The notes under the pieces were generated by a model. That model saw only the letters and a program-made list of their open reading frames with translations. It ran no database searches and had not been told where the DNA came from. A DNA stretch of 64,000 bases from a virus, in the IMG/VR virus record IMGVR_UViG_3300027741_000001; one strand, written 5' to 3'. This document shows, piece after piece, positions 1 to 12,000 of this stretch (position 1 is its first letter; every line of letters starts with the position of its first letter). Both the position numbers and the translations under genes were made by a program.

Positions 1-1
1 C

Positions 2-3000
2 AGCTTCTTCAAAGCAACCAAAACCTGTGCCGGGAATAGAAAGTACCTGCTCAACAGGAATAATAGTTCCCATAAACATTCCGGCTCTTTCTTGCAACCT
101 ACTAGTAGCAAAGTTGAAAGCATCACCGTGAAGCCAGGCCCAAGCTGACATAGGTCTTTGCAATATTTCAGCATCTCCTATGCCATTATACTCAATACCG
201 GTATCTATTTTAAAAGCTTCTTCGTCTACTCCAGTACCTCTGTAAAGAGTTAAGTATTTTATTCCATAGTTTTTAAATCGATCCTGGGTAAGATCGTACA
301 TAGTTTTTAAGAAATCTTTAAGAACAGAACTGTGGATTCCATAGTAGTATTCTGCATTTTCTAAAATATCTTTTGTATACTGGGCGTTTTTACTTTGAAC
401 TTTCCATGGGGCCCACGAACCAGCAGGCATTTTAAATGTCTCAGCAGCAGCAATCTGTAAAGCGTGAGATAGCATATCACTACCATTAGATGTCTCTGCC
501 CACTGCGCAACAAGTATTGAAGCGGCTTTTTCTTTAAATGCCTCTATGTCTTCCGGATTGTCAAAGAAAATTGGTTTTTTATTTTCATTTGCATAGTAAT
601 CGTCAAAAAGAGTTTTATAGTCAATAGTTTTTTCATCGTAAGGGTTTCCGTACAGTTCTTCATCGTAAGGATCCATGAAATCTAGTACTTCTCTTAGAGT
701 TTCTATATGTAATCCTTCATATGGAGAGTGCTCAGAGTCATCAATAAATAATATAATAGAATTTCCATTTAAATTATCCGATTTACTATCTAAAGCTTTT
801 AGAGCCATCTTTTGACTATCTAGATAACTCAACCTAGATCTGACTACCTGACTGATAGATATGGCATGATCCAATGCTCCCAAAATATCTTTGGGAGAGG
901 ATAACATATTATTACCTATATTTTTAGCGGCAATCTCTTTTAATTGCTCAGAGGCTCCGCCCATATGTCCAATTGAGCTATCTATATCAAAAGCATCCGG
1001 ATCGTACCACGTAGCAATCTCATTAAGTCCAGTCTCTTCATTCTCAGCCATAAGCTCATTTAAAAGATCAGACTGTATTTTAAGTACGTCTGTAAATCCA
1101 GGTACATCCTTTGGATCCAAATTGATTCTAGGGTATAAAAGATCTTCGTCATTAAATAGGTGGTATGGATTTATAAGTGATCCATCCTTAACATTCTTGA
1201 AGTTTTCTAGACTTCCATCCTTATTTAGAACTACATCTCCGACTCCTCCGGATCTTTCCATTGTAGTTGGATTTTTAAAGTCCACAGTGCTAACGCCAAC
1301 TACAACAGGCACATACTCTCTTCCAGCTATACGTGCAGCTTCAACCCTATGATTTCCTTCTGCAATAAAAGCTCTTCCAGTAAGAGGGTTGTACCAAACT
1401 AGTACCGGCTCTAAGTAGCCAGTTCCGTCTTCGAGGTCATGGGCTATAGAAGATGTACTGCTCTCCATATCTGCAAGATTGCCTTTCATTGTGGCAAGCT
1501 TTTCAGTTCTAACATAACCCAGTGGATTACCGCCATTACCTATTCCATATATTTTTACACCTTTGCCAGTCCATTCAGTAAGGTCTAGGTCTGGGTCATT
1601 CTTGTCTCTATAGGAGTTATTTAGAGGAATTACTTCAAGATATTTATTAAGAATAGTAGGCTCTTCAACATTTTCTCTATTTTGATTAGGTCCATAGTCA
1701 ATTTCATCGCCATCAAGCTTAGGCTCTTCTACAGGAAGACCCTTCTCCTTAAGAAGATCAATCTGTAGTTGCTTAGATTCTAAAGAATCGTGTACGTCTG
1801 GTTTTCCAGCATCCACCGAGTTAGAAAAAGCTTTACCGTACATGGTAAGAGTGCTTGAGTGGTTAACAGGTTTACTGTAGTGCTTACGAGCTACATACAA
1901 CATTGCTGTTGCAAGACCGCGGCGTCTATATTCATCATTGGTAAGTACTAAACCAATTTTAGCAGCAGCATTAGGATCTTTTTTGTCATCATCATCTACT
2001 CTTAATGAAGCTATATGAAGAAATTTTCCACCAAATGTATCTACATTTTCCATACCCTCAGGTGTAAAGTTGGGTGCTAAGAATCTACCTTCAAGATCAT
2101 GTACGGTTACCAGTACACTTTTATCGCTACTGCTGTCAGTGTTTATGTCAGTAAGGATCATATATTTTCTACCGTACTTATCAATAAATTTATCTGTGTA
2201 ACGGACAAACCCAGTAAACTTTTTAGGTTTAGATTTACCTAGAGTAACTTGATCAGCGATGGTTTCCATATTTGTTTTAGAATCTGGGTTAGCTACAGTT
2301 GTGAATTTAGTGTACTCAAATCTCCTAGAAATTTTAGCTGCACGTATTTTTGAGTCATCTCCCGAAGCTATGGCATCTTCTACATTTTTATTTTCCCAGT
2401 CCATGATTTTTTGCTGTTTTGCATTAAATGGAGTGCCGTCGGGCAGCTGAGTGTAATCATAATTATAGATAGTATCTAGATCAAGAGTACGATCATTAGG
2501 ATCAAAAGGCTCAGGCGGATACTGGTTCTCACGGTTTTGAGAAGGTTGATTATTAGATAGAGTAACCTTTGATTCATCATTTCTATGAAGATCAGGGTTA
2601 GGGTCAACTGAAAGAGAGAATGCTCTACCAAAAGAGGTTAACATTTCTGAGTGCTGGACTTCTTTTCCAGAACGCTCTCTTGCTAAGTGAAGAGCTGCAG
2701 TAGCTAGACCTCTTCTTACATATCTATCTGAAGTGTAGACCATGCTAATTTTGTTATTAAAGACATCTAATGAAGACACAGGAGTTCTATCTTCTGAATT
2801 ATCTTGAAGATCTTGTAGGGAGTTTTTACTCTTATCGTAAAGCTTTACGTTTGACATGCCGAGGCCGTTTACTACCTTGGTAACTACCCAGTACTGTCTG
2901 CCGTACTTGTCAGTAAACTCATCAATATACTGAGTACTCTGCTTGTACTCTGGTGGTAGATCTGCATAAGGTTTACCGGCACCGCTGTAGTTCATTCTAG

Positions 3001-6000
3001 AAGTATTGTCATCTAGAAGTCCCACCTGATCTTTAATACTTTCAAGATTAGTGCCAGACTTTAAGTTTGGTTTAGCGGTGTATCCCTGATAGATACGTCT
3101 TCTTTCAGCAATACGCAGTTTTCTTTCAAAATCATCAGGTTCATTGTCAATCGCATCTTTAAGAATATCCATTTGTTGCTGTTGATAAACATTGAATGGG
3201 GTACCATCAGGCATTTGAGTATAATCGTAGTTGTAATACTTCTCTAAATCAATAGTGGGATCTGTAGGATCAAAAGGTTCTTTCTTGGCTTTGTTTCTCT
3301 TGAAAAATCCTTCACGGTTTTGAGATGGTGCATTGTCTTCCTGTAGTTTTATAGACTTCTCGTTATTGTGCAGATCAGGCTTACCAGGGTCAATGCTGTT
3401 AGAGAAAGCAAATCCCATGCTAGAAAGATTATCTGAGTGAATTACTGGAAGTCCTAATCTCTTTTCTAGAACAGCAACCAATGCTGTTGCTATGCCTCTT
3501 CTTTGGTATCTATCGGTAACCATTACACTTTGGATTTCAGACACAGATGGGTCTCTAAATATGTAGGAATCGAGTCCTCCGACATCATTAATTCCAGACA
3601 CAGGTTGATCTTTTCTTACATAATCTTCAGGTAGAGGCATACCTTCAAAGTTTTTTTGGTCGTAGGCTACTACAGTCTGACGTCCAGAGCTTTCGTCTAT
3701 GTTAGTAACTATGTAGTATTTTCTACCATATTTATCGGTAAACTTATCCACATATCTTGTGTAAGTTAGTCCACGAGCTTCATCAAAATACTTTACAGCT
3801 GGCTTATCGCTAAACTCTACCTGTTTAAGAATGCTATCTCTTGTAGTAGAAGAGCCTTTGGTAGGCTTAGCAATTATTTGCTGATATAAAGTTCTTCTAA
3901 AGTTTTTTAAATTCTTTACAGCAAAAGAGTTAGCATCTTCATCATTATTTTTAAGAATGTTTTCTAATCTTTTAGCTATTGCATCCATCTGCTGCTGCTG
4001 ATCACTATTAAAAGGAGTGCCATCAGGCATCTTGGTATAGTCATAGTTGTAATACTCATCTAAATCTGCTTTTTTATCTCTAGGATCAAAAGGCTCTGGA
4101 AGGTACTTAGACTCTTCTTCCTTAGGAGCAGACTCTATTTTTTCAAAGTGCTTGTCAGCAGCTGGCCATAGATTGCGTAGCATTTCTTCAGGCATACCTT
4201 GAGCAGTAGGCTTAGTCATAAAGTCTGAGAGCTGGTCTCTACTAGTGAACATTCTCAAGAAATCGTCAACGTTGGTAGAAAGATCCCAGCTGCTCTGTTT
4301 AATCCAATCTGCATTTTCATCGCTGTTATCGATGTTTATAGGTTTTTCAGCACGTTCTCTATTTTGAGAAGGCTTGCTTTGTTCTTGAATTACTGTCTGT
4401 CCGCTTACTGGATCGTTAGATACAATTTGATTTCTTTCGGCTTCTTCTTTAATTGCCGCTTCTAGATCGCTATTATCTCTATTTCCAGGATATGAGTGAT
4501 ATGAGAACAAAGCTTCTTTTATGTCCCCGCCTAAAACAACAACTTCACGTTCATCCATAGATCCAAACCCAGATCCAGAAAATGATATAACTTTATCGGC
4601 CGGAACTATTGTAGCCATAACTACTGCATTTTTACCTGGCGAGTTCATTGCAAAACTCTCTGCTTTATATCTATTAGTTGACCATGAAGATAGTGGCCTC
4701 TGCTGTACAGTGCCTGAAAATACTCCAGTAGACCCTAAATTATTATAAATTTCATTTAGTTCTGTAGAGTCAGATCCCCTATACACAATAAACCCATCAA
4801 TACCCTGATCCTTCAGCAGATCTTGAGTAGCGTTATACATTGCATGTAAGAACTGTGTATAAATAAGTCTGTGATCTTTAACTTCTTGATCAACCTGATC
4901 TTCATAGTGGTTATTTAAATCTATTAAATCTTTTACTTCATTAGGAACGGTTCCCTGCTCCCTATAGATATCTACATTGTATTGATTCATGCCTCTAACA
5001 AAGCTCCACTCGGATGTGGCTTTAGGGTCCATAGCAAATATATCTTTAGCTACTTTTTGCATAGCATGAGATTTTATGTTTTTATCATTAGAAGACAGTG
5101 CCCATGAGTGAATTAAATTAGAAATCATTATTTTCTTCAGATCATTTACATCTTCCTGATTAAAACTTGAATGTACTCTTAAAAACAATTGATCATTTAT
5201 AAACTTTATAATACTGTTTGAATCTGTATTGCCCATTTTTTCTAGAACAGAATTCATAAGTTCTTTATTTACAGTCAATATAGATATAGTTGACAGACTC
5301 TTAACTTCATTAACATTAGTGACTAAAAGTTCTGTATCTTCTTTTATATCGGATAGATCTGCATTAAAAGCGTTGTATATTGATGAAGATGCAGGGCCTG
5401 AAAGACGAGAAAAAAAGGCCTCTTTTGCTATACCGTTGTAGTTCATGTAATGCACATCCATGCGGCTAGATGCATTAAATAGTGGAGAATATCCACCGCT
5501 CATAGCAGCTTTAAGCAAATCATCAAATCTAGCATCTGGCATATACCTAAGAAGTCTTGCAGCTGCAACTTGCTTAAGCAGGATAGATTGAGAAAACTCA
5601 GACGTTGAGCTAAACAGATCGGATATAGAGTCGCTTGCGCTCAGATCGTCTATTTCGCCATTTCTTACAGCATCTTCTACAGCTGAAATATTTGTCTTTT
5701 GAGTAGCTGTAGTGATATTTCTTTCAGCACCCTCACGGTTTTGGTTAGGGTTAGACTTTTCTTTAGCTGATTGAACGTCACCTAGATCACGGATCTTGTC
5801 GTCATAAACGTTACGGATTTGCTCTAGGTCATTGCCACTTGTAGCGGAATCTTCGTAAAGTGAGTTTAGCTTCTTAAGCTCATTGTAAAGTTCTTTAGCT
5901 GCAGCTTTGTAGACGTTCTTGTCTGCACCAGGCTGGTTTCTAAAGTTTTCAATTGCATTTTCAAGATTGTTTTTAAAGGCACTTAGATCATTCTCTAGAT

Positions 6001-9000
6001 TTCCATTGTAAGAAGCATTTTCTATAGCTTCAGGAGCTACCGAAGTTTTAGGTAAAGCTTTACTTCTATTAGAAATAATATTTCTGATCTCATACTCATT
6101 TTGAGTGTGGAATACATTATCTAAGGAATATGACTCTTTAGAGTCGTTGATGTTTACAATTTCAGGATTTTTATTTCCATCAAGCCTGAGTTGATATCCC
6201 CACTCAATAAAGTCTGTTTTATCCCTAAAAGCTGTAGGATTAGGCTTTTTAAATACTTGTAGCGTTATCTTTTTAAGATTTCCATCACTATCAACAACAA
6301 CTAGATCATCTCCCTTGTTGATTATTTTACCGTCGGCACCCCTGTGTATAGGGTTAACCTCGGCACCATTACCTGAAGAGTAATTATCTATATATTTTTC
6401 AAAATTATCTAAATAATCTGTACTAGACATTATCTTTTTAAAAGCTATTTCTAGATCTACATAACGAATAAAGTCATCTATATCTTCAGGGTTTAAAATC
6501 TTTGCTAGCTGATTAACCTTATCGTTTGCATCTTTTTTAGCAGCATCAGGATCTTCAGTTCTTTTACTTCTGTGGATGAAATCATAGACTTTTTTAATAG
6601 CATTGAACAGTCTGTAACCGTCTTCACGAGAGATCTTGTCTGGAGTCTCTTCCGAGGTAGGCTCTTTTACAACTTCTGGCTTAGGCTCAACCGGTTTAGC
6701 CTTAATAGCTTTTTCAATATCTTTTTTGTCTTTAGGGCTAAAAGCATTGAGCTTAGTAAGCATATTGAAGTTATATGTAGTTTCTTTCCCGTTAGGACCT
6801 CTTACGGTTAGCTGAACAACTCTACCTAGAGTATCTTTCTTAACTACAACTCCAAGAGCATAACCATCTGGACCATAGATAGTCCACCCAACGTCTACTT
6901 TTTCTGCTAGATATTGCTTAGCTGTTTCCTTGGTTATTTGAGTTGGGCCAAGATCTTTAGGAGTTTCTACTGAAGTTACAGGAGTCGCGACAGGTTTTTC
7001 CGGCTTCTCTTCAACGGGCTCTTCTGGCTTTTCTTCAGCAGATTTAGCAGTTTCTGCCTCTGCCTTAGCTTTCTCATCCCACTTTCTCTGTACTTCAGCC
7101 ATCTTAGCTTCTTGAACTGGAGCAGTAGCGTCTTCATCCATTTTTGGATCAGTGCTGGTTGGCTTGAAAGCATCGTAGATCATTTTAGGGACGTCAATCA
7201 TGCCGCCTTTTTCATCTACGTAAAGGAAGTACTTAATAGGCCCCCAGATATTTTCTGATTGACCTTTGACAAAGTCGACGTCTTTAAGATTTTGACTCTT
7301 GCGCCTACCAATAGCAAATCTGCTGTAAAGTTCACGGTAGGTCATTACTTCGCCATTCCAGCGAACTTTTTTGTCTAGGTGGGCTTTAATTTTACCTAAT
7401 TGCATTGGAGATAGAGCATCAAAGTCTAGAACTCCGCCAGCGGTCTCAATAACATTTTTCTTAGGCTCTTCTGTAGGCTCAGCTGCTGGCTCTTCTACAA
7501 CTTCAGGCTCATTTACAACTTCTTCAACGTCAGACTCAGAGATGCCATCTTCTACTTCTATATCCCTAAAGAGGTTGTCAAAGTTGAAGTCTAGAGGATC
7601 GGTTGGTTTGCCGGCACCTTCCTTCATACCCTTATTAGTTAGTACATTGAGCTGCTTCATTGCATCGACAAGTTCAGCTATTCTCTTAGCAATAGCTTTT
7701 TTCTCATTTTCATCTGTTGAAGAACTTCTAGTGTTGTTTAAAATATCCTTATAATCGCTAAGTTTTTCATGCAACATTACAACAGGATACGGGCTAAGCT
7801 CTTGCTTCAAACGCTTAGCTTCGCGTTTCATGTTCTTGCCTCGTTTAGCGGCTAGATACTTTCTGTAAAGCTGGCCAACTTCAGTCCAAGCATCTATATT
7901 AGCCTGACGTTCTTCCTCGGTAAGTTCCTTAGGTTCTTCTTCTACCTTAGTTTCGGCTACAGGTTCAGTAGCAGGCTTAACGTTCTGGTTCTCGTCAGAG
8001 TAGCGAGCTAGGCCGGTTATTCCACCAAACTTAGCCAAAAACTCTTCATCATTAACAAAGACATTATCGTAATACCCGCCCTGTGCACGGTTAGGTTCTT
8101 TAATTTCAAAAACTCTATTTCCGTTTTCATCGGTCTTAACGGATACAACTTGTGCATAGAAGTTAGGACTAGTTTCTTCGCTTTTAGTTCCCTTCCATCT
8201 AGTAGTTGGAGGGAAGTGCCCACCATACATTAGGTAGTCGCCAGATTGAATTTGATCTAAAGATTCTAAAGGAATGTATTCGGATGTGTAAGGGTTGTTA
8301 TTTCCACCATTTTCAGCTATTGCATTAGCCACCATTTTTCTGGCTTCTTCTACAGCTTTTTTCCAAACTTCCGGATCATTAATATCTCCTGGAACCTCGG
8401 CATTTCTATAGTCAATAAGTCTACGTCTAGACATATCTTCTCGCCATTTGTTATTTAATAAGCTTATTCTCCAACCAGCAACTCTTCCCTTTTTGTTGTA
8501 GCTATTAGGCTCGATCGCTTCTTCGTAATAGATCTCTGCTCCATAGCGAAGTCCATCTTTTGCACGAACGTCGGGATAGTCTGCTTCGTGCTGGAATCCT
8601 TCTCCATTTATTACATATTTAGCGTAAGGTTCTCCCGCACCTGCGGGGAACATTTGAACATCATCCGGTAGAGGGAAGTTATGCTCGCCAGTTATTTCTT
8701 TTGATTCGGTTGTAGGAGTGGTTTCTTCTTCAACAGGCTGTTCTTTTTCATCCTCATCATTTAATTTAAAGAATTTAAAACCATACTTATTTTCTAGTTC
8801 TTTTTCATTATCAAGTCTTCTTTGAAGTTCTTCTTTAGCTAGATTTTCATCTTTATAAGCATCTATCATATCCCCAATGTGCGCTGCACTTCTTTCAGAT
8901 GACCCTAGCATAATTTCATATTCGCCCCAGTTAGTTTGCTTAACAAAGTATTTTCCAACTAGATCTTTAAACTCAGGATCCATATCACCCTCTAGACCAA

Positions 9001-12000
9001 CATCTAGAGTTACTTTTTCTATTTTTCCGCGATTAATTAGATATATAGTATCTCCACGCTTTGGCTTATGGCCATCAGCTGTAACACCTTCAGTAGCATC
9101 TCTACGTGCAGGATCTTTCCAAATCTGATATTGCTGAGCTAACCACTGCTTAGCTTTTGCTATAAGTTCAGGATCTTTATAGTACCCATAAAGATCTGCC
9201 CCTCTCCAATAACCGTCTTTGTCTTGGAATTTTACAGAGATGTGATCTCTAGGGTAGTCAGTACTTCCCCAGTATCTAATCTCTCCCCAGAATTCAGCAC
9301 CTTTCTTTGGAACTGCCATATTTCCGCTACCATTGCGAGGCCTAGCCATATTCCAACCAAGAGCAATTTGACCATACTTATCTTTTTCCCAGTCAGCTGC
9401 AACATCTTGTAGATCTACAAAACTGTCATCAATTTTTTCTGGCTCGTTGGCAGGAGTAGGTGCGGCAGCTGGAGCATTTATGTTTCTATATCTCTTAGCA
9501 AGTTCAACGTAAGATTGATTTATAAGATTCTCTAGAGCTGACTTGTCATTCTCATCGCCATCAACTTCAAAAGTTGCAACTACGTTACCCTTTGGATCTA
9601 GAATGGTGGCGGTCCACTTACCATCCTTGTTAGATATGACAGCTCCAAATGGAGGTTTTTTCAGCCGATCTATTTTTTCAGTTTTAGCTGCTTTCCATTT
9701 TCCAGTCTTAGGATCTTTTAGAGCTCTCCAAATGTAGTCATCTCCAACTTTTCTAAAGAAGTGCGGGAATGTGCCTGGAAGTTCACCGTTGTTATATTCT
9801 TCATTTCTTCTTGCAAGAGCTTTTGTAGCGAACTCAAATGCTTTTCTAAAAGTTTCTTCCTCGCTACGTTCTAATTCAAAATCTAATAATTCTGCAGGAC
9901 CGTAACCATCTCCATCGATGGTGCCGTCCCAGTTTCGCCACTGAATTTCTGTGTATTTTTGATCTAGAGATCCATCAGCTTTTCTTGTAAAAGTAATCTT
10001 TATACGAGCCCCTGGAGCGCTAAAGTCTTTGTTGTGCCAAATAACTACTGCTTTTTTACCAGCAGCAAATTTTGAAGGATCTTCGTAAGGTAATGCACCT
10101 TCTTCTCCTTCTTCGCCATCCTCTTCGCGGTTTTGAGAAGGCTTGTCGCGGTTGTCTTGCTCTTCGATCTCAAAGCCCTTTTCAATAAGCTTTTTCTCGT
10201 CGATTTCAGCAGGGAATTCTGGCTTAGGATGTACCATCGGCACATAGCCTTTTTCTGCATAGCCCTTAGGGTCAATCTTTCCCTTGCCGATAGGGTCTTC
10301 TCTTGTTACTTCTGGTTCTGGAGTTTCGGTAGATTCTTTTTTACCAAGGTTAGCGTCAATAATGTCTTGTACAGCTTTAACAACTTCATCCCAGTTTCCT
10401 CTTAGGCTACTTCCTTCACGTTTTTCGACATGCTTGATTTCACCAGGTTTTAGATTTTTATCTAAAAGGTCTAGAAGTTCTTCGTAATCAATACCTTCTT
10501 TTCTTCCATAACCATGCACATCCAGGTATGGAGCTAAGATATCTTTTATAAGACCTCCCACTACATCGGTTTTTTCACCTAGTGGGTCTACAGCTTCAAT
10601 TCTTTCTTTTAAAAGTTCTTTTATGCGATCAAGAGCATCGAGTTGTCTTTTCCTGTAACCTGGATCTAAGAATTCTTTTACTTCATCTAAAACTTGCTTT
10701 AATTTATCTGAATACATGCCTTCATGTACTGCTCCAAGGTTTTCTTTTAGATGCCTAATTAGTCCTTTATAATCTTTAATGTCTAGCTTTATAATTTCTT
10801 GTACAATTTCATACGCCTCTTGAGCGATTTGATCAGCCCTTTGCTTTGGATCCTGATTAGGATCAATTCTTTTGCCAAGGTTTATTGCTATCCTAAGGAC
10901 AGCTTCAATGATTGATTCATAAAGAAGTTTTCTTTCTGGACCGTATATTTCAGTAGTAGATTCAGCTGGGGTCTTGACTCCATTTAAGAAGTCTTTTGCA
11001 TGAGCAATTATGGAATACTGGTCACCGTTTCCAGGCAAAATCTTCTCATTTAAATACTCCGCTAATCTCTGATATTTAGATACAGGTACGCCTAAATTAT
11101 GAATTTCTTCAATAATTTCATCAACTTCAAGTCGTATTTTATCCTCAAGTTCAAGGTCAAAATCCTCCCAGCGGCCACTAGATTTATATAAAGCATTACG
11201 GATCGCGGCCCTCAATAAAATAATAAAAACTTCATCAAATGAATCGTTATTTCTGCGTCTACCTCCACCACCACCGCCGCCATTACCGCCACGTCCACCT
11301 CTACCGCCGCCGTTACCTTCTCCGCCTCTGTTGTTACCATTGCCACTACCCTCTCCACCCTGATTCTCATTTTCAGGTGTAGGTGCAGGAACGTTTGACT
11401 TAGAAGAAGTTAGTACTTTTTTGAAGGTTCCAACTGGAACAACTTCGTGCTTGACTTCACCGTCTTTGCCTACATAAACAACAACTCGGTCACTAGACTT
11501 TTTAACATCAGGAACGCCGATGCCATGCTCAAAAACGTTTACAACGTTAGCTGGGCCATCCGGACTTTCGTAAACCATTCCAGGTTTGAGATCTTCAGCC
11601 TTTACTGCATCTGCGTTAGAAGAATCAAGTTTTCCTGGCAAAGGATAAATAAAGTCTGGACCGTCGCCAGGTACAAAGTTAGCTCCTGCTTTAGTAACAT
11701 AAATTATTCCATTTTTGTGTACAACATACTCATCTAAACCTTTTGGAAATACATCTCCAGGTTTATAATCTTTACCTTCTACCCAGTAGTGCCAGTTCCC
11801 GTGTCTATCTTGACGTATTACTACAACTTTACCGTGAAGATTTCCATCCTTGTCATATACAATATCTCCAGGTTTGACATCTTCAGGCTTCTTTACATCT
11901 GGAGTTCTAGCTTTTCCGCCTCGTGGAGTAGTAGTTTTTTTACCTTTACCTTTTTCTTCTTTTTTAGGGGGGTTTACTCTTTCAGAGTTTGCAGTCCAAT

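Noticed and set aside
11260-11370. Gly/Arg-rich repeat in giant ORF 2
   Set aside because: It is a low-complexity linker, not a separate element.
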